Assembly: GCA_030704615.1 (NCBI GenBank)
Contig: CM060731.1
Span: forward strand, 47,864,001-47,928,000
Length of the DNA: 64,000 nucleotides
Direction of reading: 5' to 3'
Origin: Takakia lepidozioides
Taxonomy: Eukaryota; Plantae; Bryophyta
In this document: positions 1 to 14,055 of the stretch, piece by piece
How the letters are laid out: each line of letters begins with the position of its first letter
Position numbering within the stretch: the first letter of the stretch is position 1
Notes under the pieces: model-generated
What the model was told of the DNA's origin: nothing
Database searches by the model: none
What the model saw: the letters and a program-made list of their open reading frames with translations, nothing else
Made by a program: the position numbers and the translations under genes

Positions 1-202
1 ATGCTTTTTTGGTACTGTTCATTGATGACCTGTAGCACACTTCTGTCAGTTGGTAGACTGGTTGGTGTGAACCTCCCTACAGTTATCATTGTGTGGAGTC
101 TAATAGCCGTACCCTTCTCAGCAACTACTGAGAATATGGTTGCTGTCACCTTTCGGTCCAATGATGCTTTCTAACATGTGTGTCTGTACCATGTCACTGC
201 AG

Positions 203-1356
203 GCACTGATGACAAAGCTCGGCGGGAGATGAAAGCACTGGTCTCTCGGATGTTACGAGAAAATGTGACACAGAAAAAGGATAAGGCAGATGTGAGCAAA
301 GAGAGCTTGTACCGGGCCTGTCATGGCTGCCTCGATACCCTGCTTCATCTCTTCATGCAGGTATGTCTGCAATATTCTGGCCTGTGTCTTGTAAATGTGT
401 CTAATTGATCATTAATGCACTCTGTTCTTTGACATTTCTCTATCACTAATGAATCCAGCACATATTGAAGAAGTTGCCTAATTGAATTTAAGGAATTTTC
501 TTGATCTTCTTCTAGTAGATATGCCTTTGATGGGAGTGACTAGAGATAGTGGATGACATGGGGAGCAGCATACCACAGGCCCCTAGATGCCTAAGACTCT
601 CGCATAGGCCTTCAATTATCAGGTGCATTGTTAGAGCAGTAATGAAATGAAAGTCTTGGAGAGGGAGTGGCTGAAGACCTCTGAACCTTTTTGCAGTCCA
701 AAGGGGGCGAGGACAGGGGGACTCTGGTTGAGATTACTCGGCAAGCAGACAACCTTAATTGGCTCGTTGAAATTCTCATTGACCGCCGAATTGCCGATGA
801 CTTTGTGCGCATGTGGGCGCACCAAGTGGAGCTTGCTACCTTGCACATGCAGATCCCTGTTATGTTCCGCTATGAAGTCAGCCGCCTCACAGCGCGGCTT
901 TGCATTGCTATTGGAAAGGGACAGGTATAGTTTTCTCAACCACTGGAATTTATAAGCAATGGTATGAGGTCTAATATCCATCCTTGCGGTCATGGAATTC
1001 TGTTCTTATGAACATCTCTTCTCATATTTTTGGGGATGTGGGGACAGGTGCTCTCACCCAAGGATGTGAGGTTCTTGTTGCTGCAGACATGGCTGCAACC
1101 TTTGGTTGAGGATTTTGGCTGGATGCAGAGGTGCTGCCGCAATCTGGACAAGAAGGTTGTTGAAGAGGGCATTAGCCAGACAATTCTTACTCTTCCGTTG
1201 AAGCAGCAACAGAGCATTCTTCTGTCATGGTTTGATAGATTTTCAAGTTCTGGTGATGACTGCCCAAATCTGCAGAAAGCTTTTGAGGTGTGGTGGCGGA
1301 GAACTTTTGTGCGGCCTTTCGTGGAGGATGAACCCAGCCCTCGCCCATCCTTCTGA
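203..1356 (+). CDS. BTB/POZ domain-containing protein At3g05675-like, 3' exons (5' end upstream of window)
   Basis: Three exons with GT-AG sites and consistent phase: 203-360 (TDDKARREMKALV...LYRAC), 697-924 (ITRQADNLNWLVEILIDRRIADDFVRMWAHQ), 1048-1356 (LLQTWLQPLVEDFGWMQRCC...VEEGISQTILTLPLKQQQSILLSWFDRFSSSGDDCPNLQKAFEVWWRR). These are typical C-terminal motifs of this plant family. Confidence 0.88.
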
Positions 1357-2877
1357 GTCTGTATCTTTGAACGTTTGGACTCGGATACATCCAGAGTCCG
1401 GGCTAATTTCTGTCTCATAGGTACAAGGTTTCTTCCACGGGGTGTCGGTTTGACGCTTCTTAGAAAAAATTATTCAGTAGTGTTGGAACTGAAGTCATTA
1501 GTGAGCATCAATTCGAGGCTCCTGAGGTAAGGGCTGCACATGTTGTGCCCTCTTGCAATGTCAGGTGCTCACCATGTTTGTCAGTCTTGCTTGGCAGATG
1601 AGGAACAGGGGGGGTGTGTTGGTTCTTCAGAACTTTGCAGAAAGTACTGATATACGGGGAGTGGGGAATCTGGTCCGTCGGCACATCTGGTCACAGACCA
1701 GATGCAGAGTTTGCGAAGAGCTCTCAAATAGCAGGAGAGTAGGGTTTGAATGAGGTTTGGGGCATATGCAAGCAGGTGAGTTGAAAAAATCTTCCTGCAG
1801 TCAGTGAGGCAAGGCAAGAGTTGATGGGAGAAAATCAAAGACAGCAGCTTGGATAGCAGGTGACCATGATGGCAGAGCACATGCTCCGACAGTTTTGGGG
1901 GATTTAGTTGCTCAAGACTCAGAAGAAATGAAATTGTACTTAGTCCATCGTCCTCAGCATTGTATGTGGTACAAGTGCAACTTTGGAAGCAGCGGAAGAC
2001 TCCATCCAAGTCAAGGAGACTGTTCCATGAGGGGCTGAGCTGAGGGTGACCTGCACAGAGGCCATGTACTACATGGGCTGTGTGCTAGTGTAATTTTAGT
2101 CAGGTTGAAGTTCGTAGCTGGGTTAAACTAGCAGAAAATTCAGGGCTGTTGTGGGCACGTGAGTGCTGTGTATACGTACCAGGAGGAGGGCAGATGCTAA
2201 GGACTCTTTAGGTGGGCAAACCATGGCCAGGTCTTCGAGAGTCATCTATGGAGTCCATAGGTCATGTCTTTTTGTGTATGCCCGGCCGTGTCTTGATAGA
2301 TTCTGCTTTTACTAAAGATTCTCTTTGAGATTTTGGTTGTGTCCATCTTGGTTTGACATTGTGGGTTGATTGGAGGTGGGTTTGGATGGATGCTGACTTT
2401 GCCTTCCAGAGCATTCTTGTTTTCCTTGAAAGGACCTGAAAGAAAAGAAGCTCTGGGGAAATGCCTGAGAGTTAGAGAGCCATGATGTAGGTAAAGAAGA
2501 AACCATGAAATGCAGATCATGGCGCTGTGGACAGAGCTTCAATGTTCACCACGCAGTTGGTGGAACTGAGTTGAATAGGGATGAGTGATTGTTTCGGGAA
2601 CCTCAGTCGTTGGCACCCGAACAGAGAAGTAATCAGAGAGAGAAAGATGAGGCGAATCCCACGCAGTAATTGCATGTACTTGCCTCCCATGGAGAGGAGT
2701 AAAGTGTGAGGGAATTTCATACGTTTCTTACTGAGGTGGATCGTTAAGCAAAACACTCCTTCACACTAAAAACATCTCAGAGCTTGATGGTCACTTCAAA
2801 CAACTTCAAGAACGTAGGTCCTAGCTAAGGAAAGGTGCTTTATAACTGAGGGGAAAGCTCAAGATAAGGTGTTGGAC

Positions 2878-3903
2878 TACGCATTCACACCTATGGATTG
2901 TCTATCACCGTGGGTAGCGTTACCATCACGGGTTAGGATTTCAACTAAAAAAATTTGATACTACTTATCTACACACCGCTACTTCTGTTCATACCTAGGC
3001 ACGTTGATACCTTATCACATATGTACTTATCCATGTTCCTACCCTCTGTTCATGATGCTGTGGCGGAAAATAGCGATGATAGGACGACGGTTGTTGACGG
3101 GTTGCCGACGAGAGCTGCAAGTGTGTCTCGATCGATCGTCTTGATCGATCAAGAAATGCCGAGCACAGTCATGATCACAGTGATTTAGCAATTTTCCCTG
3201 GAGCTTTGAAATCGCTTGATTTTCATCTTTCATTTGAATTGTCTTTTGCTGCAAATTGCTTGAGCAATCGGCCATCCAGTGGAATCCATTTGAGCAATCG
3301 ATCACAATCGGTGGAATCCATTTGAGCAAGTTGAGAGTCTGTTTGAGCAAAATTTCGCAAAGATGAGACCGCTCAAGATCGTAATGCTAGCACATTTTAT
3401 CCAGGTTCTATTACAAGCACATGATTCTCTACTATACTGTTATGAAGCGCAAACGAACGCCATACGAACGAACGTCTTCCTCTTCCTGCTGGAACGGTGC
3501 CTCTTCCTCCTCCCGCAAAGGCGCTTGAAGGTTCGGTGGTGCTGCTATCCTCCATTGCGATGTTGTTGCGGTCTCCCGTTGTAGTGAGGTCACAAATATT
3601 CTTGCATGCAAGCTAGCAGAGCGGTGCAAGCTGAAGGCGCACGCGGGAGATTGGCGGGAGATTGGTACTTCACTCTGTGAATTCGAGCTGATAGTTTACC
3701 AGCGGTGGTAGCATCGCAAATCTATGGAACAGGATGATTGTATGAACCATATTGATAGCGTAACAATAGAAGCTACCACCGGTGATAGGAGTGTTGATAG
3801 GAGCATGCCACGTCATCTACTAACCGCGATGGAGGTTGTGGTGTGATCGGAGGTAGCTATTCAGGGCGCTACCAGCGAACGAATCCACAAGTGTGAACGT
3901 ACC
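2878..3903. mobile_element. Putative degenerate non-autonomous DNA transposon (MITE-like)
   Basis: Imperfect terminal inverted repeats tacgcattcacacctatggatt (2878-2899) and aatccacaagtgtgaacgta (3882-3901); internal short repeats (gtggaatccatttgagcaa x2, ~3278-3329). No TSD resolved. Confidence 0.35.
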
Positions 3904-6099
3904 TTCAAGTAGTTTGCATGTACAACATCTAAAATGGTAAGGTTTTCATCTGCCCATGTATCAGTTGGAATTTCGATCTGCGTAATTGTAATATGTAGGA
4001 CCACTCCAATCTTCTTGTGGGCATCAGTCAACTTCACTGCGCAGATAATCCACAAGGAGATGGTGGGTGTTATTGCAACTCACGTGCTTTATCAACCTTT
4101 CACATTCAATCCCCGAGTAGTAGGTCCCAATCACAATCTCCAACTTTCACAGTCCTACCTACATTTTTGTTAGAGAACAATCATGTGATGCACATGGCTT
4201 TCGAAAGACCTTCAGAGTCGCGTACTTTTCTTTATTTCCGGGAAAGCAACCCTGGCTTTGACAGCTCCATGCAGAGATGAGTCAAGCCGACTTTGTTTAC
4301 TAGTCCGCGTTGCAGGTTCATCGTAATGAGGACGATGGGTCAATGTGCTCAGCTGCTAAATGTCGAGTGCATGGATGAGAAAAATGGCGGAGAGTGACCA
4401 CAGTGCCTGAATTCCTCACAGCGAAACTGGTCTTGTGTTGGGCAGAGTGAGATCGTGAAGCCCAGCCATAGCCCCCGCGGGCCGCGAAGCTTCTGAAGGA
4501 ACTGCGTGTCCAAGGTGGGGTCATTGTAAGATACACATATAGATGGGCCAGGTTGTAGGCTTCTTATTGTCTGTCACTCACGTCTGCAGACAAAGATCTG
4601 CACAAGTAAACTATTCATTCCGTGGGACCCCATGGCCAGCATTTGTAGGAAAGTTTATCGTGTCTCCTAAGATCCATTCTGGGCTGTGTGTTGAGCAGTA
4701 GGCTCTGTACATTCACTGGAACTTTATCTTTATCTCCTCCAGTCCCCCTCTAGCGCCTTTTGCAGCAGGAACGATCGTCGCCATGGCAACGCGTTTTACT
4801 ATGTCAAAGCCAGTACACAATCTAAGACCCCGGCCAGGCCGCGATCCCTGCTTGCAAGTTCCGATAAAAGCTGAGACTTCTGACTCAGTCTAGGGACGAG
4901 TGCATTTGTCACTGTGCAGGTGGGGTCAATCCGAGTCTCCATTTGCCACCGCCCCAGTTGCCAAAAGATACGGAGGTGCATGCATCTGAGTGTGATCAAA
5001 CCAGCATATTGCAATTGGGAGCTGAGCTCACAATTCTTCCTTGCCAAGCAAGCAGGCTCCACCGACAATGTAATTTTCGTAAGGGAAGGATCATGAGCCC
5101 TCAGCAACATGATAGGTAGATGAACTCGATAAGATCAGCAGCTCTATCCACATAAGCCTGATGAGTCATTCGAGGACTGATCATCAATTTCTTGGTTATC
5201 GTTTTTGAGTATACTATTCTTGTTGGAGCATCTTCCAAGATCAGATGCGGACCCCCATCTCATGGTTTTGTATCCTGGGCAGGATCCGCGCATTCTGACT
5301 CCTGAGGTCCCCAGCGAATGATTGTCGTCATTTCAGCTGGACCTATCATTATATTCTTCACGAGATTATCCTCCTCACATGCCTTCCGTGCTAAGAGCAA
5401 GCTGTTTGAGGGCTCAACATCCTTGGCATCTCAGTAGAGCTTAGGACTGATTGTTGGTTGTGGTGGAGAATTTTCAAAGGAAACCCACTCACTTTCATAG
5501 GAAACTCAGTTCAATTCCGGGGTGGCTTCCTTACCTGCCACATTTTCTGTCAACTCAGGGATTGGGAGTCCCAAATTTGCCCCCAAAGGTTCTAGAAATT
5601 CTGTAGGCTGGAGATTTGCAGTTTTTTCATTTGTTTTTGTTGGACAAGCTGAGTGAGTTCATTGGCTATATCTTTGCTTTAGAAATGGATGTATCTCATC
5701 TGCATTTGCGAGAGTTACAAAATGGATTAAAAATGGAGCTACCGTTTTGGGTCGCTTGGGCAATGGGTCGCAGGTTAATGGACTCACCTACTGTACCCAT
5801 CTTTCCTCGTAGACAGAATGCGTTGAAGTTTCTTATACATACTCATACTCGAATGATAGGCTGCTGGGTACTCGTATGCACAGGCGAACAGGGGATCTCG
5901 CAAGGTTTGTGAGTGCCTCAACTTGCAGGATGCAGAGGGAGCAGTGAAACGTTGATCGGAATTCTGCCTACTACACTGCACATGAGCTCAAAAAATTGGC
6001 CCCTAGTCAAAACATTCTACATGACATGGAATCAGGCACCACTCCCTACTACTCCCTACAATGCACCTCCTTTGGAGGTACGATCATGTTCTTTCCAAC

Positions 6100-6510
6100 T
6101 GTCCTCTATTCGAAGCCCTCAGGGCCACTTTATGACACTTGAGCTGGTTGCAACTGGACCCCAGCAGGCACCGCCTATTTTGTCTCCTGCCTGCTCACGA
6201 GGTACGTTTCGATATTCTCACCATTGAAGCTGAAAAAGCGTGGTCGGTCGCACATGTGCGCAGACATCGCAAACTATCCAGCAAATCATCATTCGACCCT
6301 CGTCACATTCCAATGCGCCTAGGTGCGAGAAGAAGGTCTGTAATGCAACAGGTCTACTTAACGAAATTCCTGCCAGCAAGTCCCTTTACAGTGGCAAGGA
6401 GCCAGTAGCCAAATGCAGAGTTGACTGTCTGCATGATAAGGCATACGGTAAGTCGGCCCATAGTTGGGCTCATTTGGATGGTAACTTTATACATTCCATC
6501 ATTGGATCTA
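6100..6510 (-). pseudogene. Possible highly decayed LTR-retrotransposon integrase fragment
   Basis: A minus-strand frame reads LWADLPYALSCRQSTLHLATGSLP, resembling the Gypsy integrase motif W..LP.AL.AYR.S.H.ATG.SP; flanked by stops. Confidence 0.3.
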
Positions 6511-7289
6511 GATTTTCTTTTTACCAGGCTCACTACTGTAGTGCATTCCACATCATTACAAGAGGGGTTGAGTGAAAAATCTCATTAATGGGTCAATTTT
6601 TGGAATGGGCTGATTTTGAGTTGCCAAGGCTACTGGGGTACCTTAGTTTAGGGGTACCATATTAGTTGGGGCATGGTGGCCACTGAATAAGAATCTAAGC
6701 TGCTTGAAATTTGGGTCTTGTCTGCTATATGCTATCAGACATGGTTTTGTCCACCGGCCACACACACACTACCTCAGGCGCGGACAAAGCAAAGCAAATT
6801 TGTGGCCATGGTAGAAGGTGGCCCCAGCTGAAGATGAACATGAACATTTCTCTCACCCTGGAGGTGATGACAAGTCTGCGAGTCAATTTTCTCAAGGCCC
6901 TTTCGTGATGGCAATAGTCGTGATCCAGCGGACCTTGGGTGGTGGCCTCTTGCTTGTTGGCCTTCATGGCTCTTGGAGGTTATTTTTTCCTCCGTTTCAT
7001 TAATAAATTCTGAGGGCCTTTGTCCCCTCTTCTGTTTTTTTAAAACAATAATAAAAATAAAAGTCCATTAGTAGGTTCCTTTGCACAATCATTCACTGGG
7101 ACAAACACTTGCTCCCTTGTCTGCTGCTTGGTGTAAAAGCCGTGGCTAGATGATATGGCATCTATGAGTGGTGGTGGACAAAAGCTCATTTGAAGCATTT
7201 TGTTGGTTGGGCAGTTTGAAACCGCCCTTATATGTGTGGCAGCCCATCTACCGGCCAGCCGCTCCTACTGTTGGTCAGCCATAGCTAAC

Positions 7290-7331
7290 GGCACACATTA
7301 GAAGAGGCCCGGGAGTCTTCTAATGTGTGCC
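7290..7331. mobile_element. 42-bp palindromic mini-insertion with 9-bp TSD (Mutator-type signature)
   Basis: ggcacacattagaaga (7290-7305) and tcttctaatgtgtgcc (7316-7331) are perfect 16-bp inverted arms, flanked by the direct repeat atagctaac at 7281-7289 and 7332-7340. Confidence 0.7.
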
Positions 7332-7747
7332 ATAGCTAACTTTTATCTGGAGCCATATTATTCCATGGAAACGCACCCGCTGGGCCTTGAGGCTGAAAAT
7401 TAACACCCTTTCTAAGCCATAAGAGGCCACAGGGAACAGAGCCCCAGCCCCAAGGCAGCTCACAGGGGATTGCTTGTTTTTTCATTTATTAATTCTAATT
7501 AAGGACATATAATAAAAACAAACCTGGCCCCCTTCTACAGTGGACCCAACAAGGAATTGAACACAAATCACATGCACTAGGTATTCACCAAGGCAGTGGG
7601 CCAAGTGCAGGTAGATATTATATTAAAAAATTTGCTAACTGTTTCTGCTGGAGATTTGCTGAGACAAAGTGCAAGAAAAATGCAGAGGCCGTATGTGATG
7701 CACACCACAACCACCATCACTCACAAAGTCACATCCCAACACTAGTT

Positions 7748-7993
7748 GTAGGTGCCATTTTGTGCTTTTTTACATTGTCCATAGTTTAGCGCCAAGGAAC
7801 AAACACCCCAAATCTGTGATGGGCCGGACACTAGCCATTTGTTTTCTTACAATGTCCATAATTTAGCGACAAGAAACAAGTAGGCCTACCCCAAATCTGT
7901 GATGGGGCGGACAGTAATAGTAGGTGCCATTTGTTTTCTTACATTGTCTATAGTTTAGCGACAAGAAACAAGTACCCCACATCTGCGATGGGG
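7748..7993. repeat. Tandem repeat, 3 diverged copies of ~80-90 bp
   Basis: gccattt..ttacattgtccatagtttagcg..caagaaacaa..ccccaaatctgtgatggg recurs at ~7748, ~7834 and ~7920. Confidence 0.8.
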
Positions 7994-10357
7994 CATTTAC
8001 AAAGGTTACGTGGATGATAGCAACAGCCAATGCGTAGGGGTCTTCTATAGGGGTTCTGGGCAGCGGTCTCACAAAGGCATGTGGTCTGCCTTCTAGAAAG
8101 CGCTCCCGCCGCATAATATTCATCATTGATATCGTTCGCCCATGGCCGGCACCTCTGAGGGTGGTGTACATATATACAACCAACACTTCTCCCCTCCCCC
8201 CCCCCTCAAATATTTAGGGTGGGCCTACACTTATGTAGAGCTGAAACTAGCCAGATTAGGGCAACCATCTATTTTTCTTGCTTCATATGCCTGCACTGTC
8301 AATGGCTTCGTACACATTGACTTTCCATGTGTTGCGGTGAGGACATTGCCGTGAGTGAGATCCATGTGTTGGTGTCAGGGACTTGGAGTGGCAAACAATT
8401 CAGGATTTTTCTTCCAGACCCATTGGAGCTGTCAATGGGACTCACTGTGCTCTGTTCATGAGCTGAACTGATTCTTGAAGCAATGTCAGATCTGCAGCAA
8501 TTGAAGGAATATCCAGTGAATTTATAGAGCCTACTGTTCAACCCAATGGACCATCGAAGGAACCTTTTGAAGGATTGAACCCAAGATCACCAAAGTTATG
8601 CTCACACTGCAATGGACACTGGTGAATTGGATTTGTGAGGGCAGTCTGTATGGTAAACCTTCAGGGCGCGAAAGGCCATCCAAAGAAAAATCACCCATCA
8701 AAATAAATAGCTCACTCGAAGAGTAATCTTATATATATATATATAGACACCTCCCCAAGAGAGAGCGTAATTATGGTGTCTCTTCACCACACGGGCTACT
8801 GCCTTCCAGAGTAATCTTACATTATATGCCCTCCCAAGAAAAAAAAAGAGTGGTGGCTCCCCAAGGAAGCGTAAATTATGGTGTCTCTTGACTCCGAAGG
8901 GGCCGTGCCTTTCGGCATGAAGGTGGACGCTTATGCCATTTAAAATGATTGGTACGTCCGCCGAAGAGAGGAACCGTGTGGTGTGGGTTGCTCCAAGAAG
9001 CCCATTGAATTGGACAATCTTTGGGAGGAGCATGCCGCAAATTTGCACAGAGTCGGCCTTTCTCAAACAAAGTCTCCATCTTAGTGGAAAAAAAAGAAAC
9101 GGAAATGGAAAGCCCAACAGAGTTGAACTTTGAAAGTTGTCTAGTCTCCATCTCAAAAAAAAAACAAAAAAAACAAAAGAAGGGTACAACAGAAACGGAC
9201 GTGACAAATGATGGGCAGGACGATGATTGGAAGGAGGCATTACGGTGGCCCCTTCCAGTGGTTATAAATATGGGGTTGCTAAGTCTGCTGCTGCACAAGT
9301 TGAGTGTTGTGTCAGAGGTCCGAGAGCCTCCTCAGATCTCGCAGACCACATTTGTGTGGACGTGGGGCCTGCAAAAGTCGGTGCCTTGCACGCATCTGCA
9401 GCCTGGAGTGCGATGGTGGATGATCGGGATATGGTGTACATCTCGCAGTAACTGATGACAGTGACGAGGAGTTTCGGGGGAGAGAGTTGAGCATGCAGAG
9501 AGGGATTAGATAAGAATGGTCTTGTACAGGTGAAGTTCTACTTGCAATCCACGGTGGGATCCTTGAGCAATGTGGAGAAGTGCTAGATCAGCTTGCTAGC
9601 CGGGCTTAAATGGGTATGAGAGGGGCCGTGTGGGTGAGTGGGCAGCTTTGATCACTCACCGTTTTTTCTTTTTCACATTCTTAGCTCATGAGAGAGACGT
9701 GTGAATTCGAGCATGAGTTTACTACAGTGTTGTGGGCTCAAAGCGCGTGTGACAACGATCGAAGGGAGGGACTGGTGTGCGGAGTTGTAGCTGGAGCCAC
9801 GTTCTCAAGGCTGGTGATGAGGAAGAGGATATCTTAGGAGATGTTTTTAGTGTATGAAGCCAACACAGCACGGATATCTTTGTAATCCTGCTACTCAGGA
9901 GATCGGGAGATCCAAACCAAGAGCACAGAAGGTTTTTGGGAAGTGGAGTTGATGCATTTCAAAGGGGAAGAGAAGGAGGATCCTCTGCCAGTGTCTGGCG
10001 GTCGCAGCAGGCCGGCACACAGCGCGCGCATGAAGCCCACGACCTACAAGAGGAAGGGCTATGGCCGCACTTGCGAGTCGGCAGTCTTCTCCTACACATG
10101 GTGTGGAGGGTCTGAGATCGTCAGGCGGTTGGTGGTGACACAGTCCCTCTCCCCCTTCTCCTATTCTTGAAATAGTTTCCAAGCTCGGCCATTTAGTCAC
10201 AGTTGCAAAGTCATGTAACAGTCATCCTTCGAGCCAACTTGGACCACAGCTTGAGCAGGTCGAAGCTCAAGTCAGTGGGACTTCAGAGCTTCGCTGTAAA
10301 GGCTGGGATTGTCCGGTCTCCCTGAGCTAATTCCATCTGGTCAGTCTGGTGGCCGTT

Positions 10358-12334
10358 ATGGGGCAGCAGCGCACACCTTCCCGTCCAAGTTCTAAGTCAC
10401 AAATCTCCAGGACACATACGCCTCAGGTGTTGAAGAGGCAATCATCTCTCCATGCCTTCACGCCTTTGGCAAGACCGGGGGACTCACCTTCATCAGCGCC
10501 CACCGAGTCCATCAGGCCTTTGGAATCGAGAGTGAACAGTCGAGGTTCGTTCGTCTCCCTCCGATGCCTCTCCTCTGTAGGTCACAATAGATTGTTAGAA
10601 TCAGAAGTTGGGAAGCAGTAGGAACTTCAACATTGGACATAAGTTCTTGGCTATATAAACAAATCATCTCAAGGGGGCCTCTCCAGTCTTGCTCCCTACA
10701 TGACCTGCTGGGGAGGCTCACTGTAGTACACTGCTGCAGGTCACGTCGCTGAATTTGAAGACAGCGTGTAACTTGGTATCCCACGCCTTGTTTGCAGAAT
10801 CTCACCAAACACATCTAATCGCTGTTCCTCGTTTACTAGATTTCAGACATCATGGTACTTTGTATATAGCAGAATCTCAACGAAATGCAGGTAACTTATT
10901 TACCACGGCATAGTGAACAAAGGGTGATCGTGAATTCCTGCAAAATCTTCACTCTGATCCCCTGGTCAAGTTAACCTCATAGAAGTGGCCAAGATCAACT
11001 GAACCAAATTGTACTTATCGTGTATATACAAAAGGATATGTGGGCGTTTCTGGATCATAAGGCCACTGCCTTATATCAGAGGGAATCATTTTTTTTGGAT
11101 TAGTTGCGTATGATTCTGTATGGTTACTATTTTGGAGAGACCTGCGCTTAGTTTTGTCACTGCTGGACATGAAACTGGACCAGGTGCAACTGTGGTCTGT
11201 GAGGACTGACAAAGTAGAATTGCAGACAAGACTAGAACTCTGATTTGGAATTCTGGGTGAAGGTTCTCCAAATGCGATCGGTGACCGTCAGAGGGAGAGA
11301 AGACCATGCAAATGTGCCTTGCCCTCCGCACCCAGCCTGGTAGATCACCCTGACCGGAAGTGCAAAGCTCATCTCTCTCGTCATGCCAGTTTCACATCTC
11401 GACAGGGGACACTAGATACTTGGGAAGTCTTCAGCACATCCGATTACCCACAGGTCTGGGATGGAGTTCCTGGCAACAAATTGGAGTTGGAATGCACTGA
11501 TGGTAGTAGTGCAGATGTCTCTGCAGTTCAAACACCTTCTATCCTTCCAGTTCGAAGGGCGTCGTCAGAGGGGGAACTCAAGCGTCCATCCAAGACGGCA
11601 CTGGATCTTCTCTTGAGCAGGCCTCAGGTTGGTAACGGATTGCTAGCAAGTCCTCCAATATCCTCCTTCAGAGAATTTTTGTTTTCCGAGATGTTGAACA
11701 ACACCCCAAGTGCTTCTTGTGTATGTTATTCTTTTCTGATGGTCTAAATTACTGCGTGGTGGTAAAGAATTTTGAGGGTCAGGGTGCTTTGCTGTTTTGC
11801 AGATTAAAACAGGGGATCAAGGTAGCAGCCGAATGTTGGTGAATGTGAATGTGTCAGGCAGTGCAGGCCCCTTGCGCTTTTTGGTGAGCCTGGACGACAC
11901 AGTGGATAGTGTGCTTAAGATGGCACTCCGAGCTTACGCCCGTGAGGGACGCCTGCCAGAGTTGGGCTTCAACCATCAGCTGTTTGATCTGTTCTACTCC
12001 AACTCCCCAGACTTCGAAGGTGTGTTTCATACATGTTCAAACAATAGAGAAGATTCTAAAAGTTGCAAACATTGTCGCATACCCTTGCATTGCTCATGCC
12101 ACCAATTGTTACTTGCTTCAACTTCCTGTGCTTGGTGAATTTTTGTTTGCAGCCTTGAGCCCAAAGAACGTTCTGAGAGAGCTGGGTGTGCGCCAGTTCG
12201 TCATGAGCTACAAAAGGCAAGAAGACAAGGGCTTGGTATGCCGCGCCTTTGAGACTACTGCAGAGGTAACATGCAGGAACGACTGGTGGGGCTCAGTGAC
12301 ATCCCTGCTTAGCAAGCTTATCATGACAGCTTAA
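10358..12334 (+). CDS. Uncharacterised plant protein with DUF7054-like domain (multi-exon)
   Basis: Confident exons: ...-11627 (donor cag|gttggt), 11803-12019 (RMLVNVNVSGSAGPLRFLVSLDDTVDSVLKMALRAYAREGRLPELG, conserved plant motif) and 12153-12334 (phase-1 join, ALSPKNVLRELGVRQFVM). The ATG at 10358 and the upstream exon boundaries are less certain. Confidence 0.72.
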
Positions 12335-12660
12335 AAGACATTTGCTATTTGTCCCGCTGTTGAGCTCTCATGCTTGTGCTCACTGTGACACTACACAAAA
12401 GATGTATACTGTGGAGTGAATTCCTTGCAAGGGGCCTGTATTCTCTGAAATATGTTTGTGATTGAATGCCTAAGACTCCATTCTTTCCCAATACATTCCT
12501 GCAGAACTTTGCTTGAACCAAGCTCCGGGCTGCTCCTCTAAACACTGAGCTTGTCCAACAGAGGGTCCCATGTTCAAAACCTGAAATGATGGTGTTTCAA
12601 TTCGACCATCGCATAGATTAATTTTTGTAACCATATTCAAACCGATCATTGGAAGTATTG

Positions 12661-13091
12661 GGGCCCACTTAGACTGCGGAGCAAGACCAAGAATCCTCCA
12701 GACCAAATTGGTCCTGATCTTGGTCCCTAGATGCAATGTCCAGGACCAAAGTTGGTGTGTGTAAAGGACCAAGACCAAGGTAACTTAAAATGAAGTGTAT
12801 GACTTGTACCATCTTCATCTTTTTCACTTGACAATTGAGATCGACTAACCAATGGTCGCCATCATTTTTAAAGTTTGTTTTCGCACTTGGTCTGGGGTCT
12901 AAGAAAATCACTGAGTGGGTTTACTTTGTTGGTCGCTATATCAATAATCTCTGGCCATAATCAACGCCACCTACATGCCGCATCATTCCTAATTTTCTTG
13001 GTCTTGGTCTGCGGTGCAAAGCCTATATGGTCAAGAAAATGCCCTTGACCAATAATGTCATTGCATTTTAGGTTGGAGTCTAGTGTGGCCC
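12661..13091. mobile_element. Putative Tourist-like MITE
   Basis: Imperfect termini gggcccacttagact (12661) and agtctagtgtggccc (13077-13091); many internal gaccaaga/tcttggtc motifs in both orientations. No clean TSD. Confidence 0.35.
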
Positions 13092-13884
13092 TCTATGGTG
13101 AAGCATCTCATGGCTCCTAGCGGTTAGCGCTTGTGAAGCACAGAATAGCTCCTTGTCTGTGTTGCCTGTTTGGGTTTTGACGCTTCCATGTCAATGTATC
13201 GTTTGCGATGAGCAACGTCGACGCCAAACCTTGGCAAGGCGTGCAGCGCCGCCAAGTTAGTGGAGGCAGTGGTGACAGCGGTAGCATCACAAAGCGAACG
13301 AACGAACGAACAAGCGGGCGTTGTGCAACAACGAGCCCACGCCAGTCAGGTGGGATAGGCTCGTCACTCAACTCGTTCAGCCGTACGAGTTGAGTACGTC
13401 GTTGTCTCTGTACGGTTGTATAGCTATGTACCGGAGGATTCTTTTTGATACCGTGATCCCTCTTCTCTTCGTTATTTTGGGAGGAAGCCGGGTCTTCCTG
13501 GGTTAGCCTCAATGGAGCCTTATGAGGTTATTTTGTCCTCATTGTAATTGTTATTGTAAAACTTACAATTGTAATTGCAGAATGTTGTGGAATGGATGCC
13601 ACAGTTTTAGGCGTATTTCTCATTTCGGGTATTTTGATGGTATTCTTGATGGTATTTTGGTTTCATGTTCCCTAAATTCATCCCACGGTCATAGGACCCT
13701 CGGGTATAGGCGCCGTATGTTTCGGTTGACGTGGCGGATGCTGACATGGCGCCACGTCAGCATTTGACACCATGGCAACCTGCTGGCATCACACTCACGC
13801 CACGTCACCAGTGTATGAGCGTACGCTCACAAGCTCACGCGCGAGGTTCATGCGGTTGCGTCGTTGTCTGTACGATTGTCGGTG

Positions 13885-13917
13885 CCGATCATCACTTCTA
13901 CTCTGCTCTGTTTTTGT

Positions 13918-13948
<31 letters not shown>

Positions 13949-14055
13949 GTATTGTTAAAATAAATAAACAGAAGTGATGATCGGTGCCGATCATCACTTC
14001 TGATCTGTTTTGGCATTTGGGTAGAGGTGATGATCGTCGATGATCATCACTTCTG
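13885..14055. repeat. Foldback cluster of inverted gatcatcacttct motifs
   Basis: ccgatcatcacttct 13885-13899; palindrome cagaagtgatgatcgg-tg-ccgatcatcacttctg 13969-14002; further copies at 14023-14054; (ATTT)n spacer. Confidence 0.75.

Noticed and set aside
8698-10200. Overlapping 100-180 aa ORFs
   Set aside because: Low-complexity, no motifs or supported splice structure.
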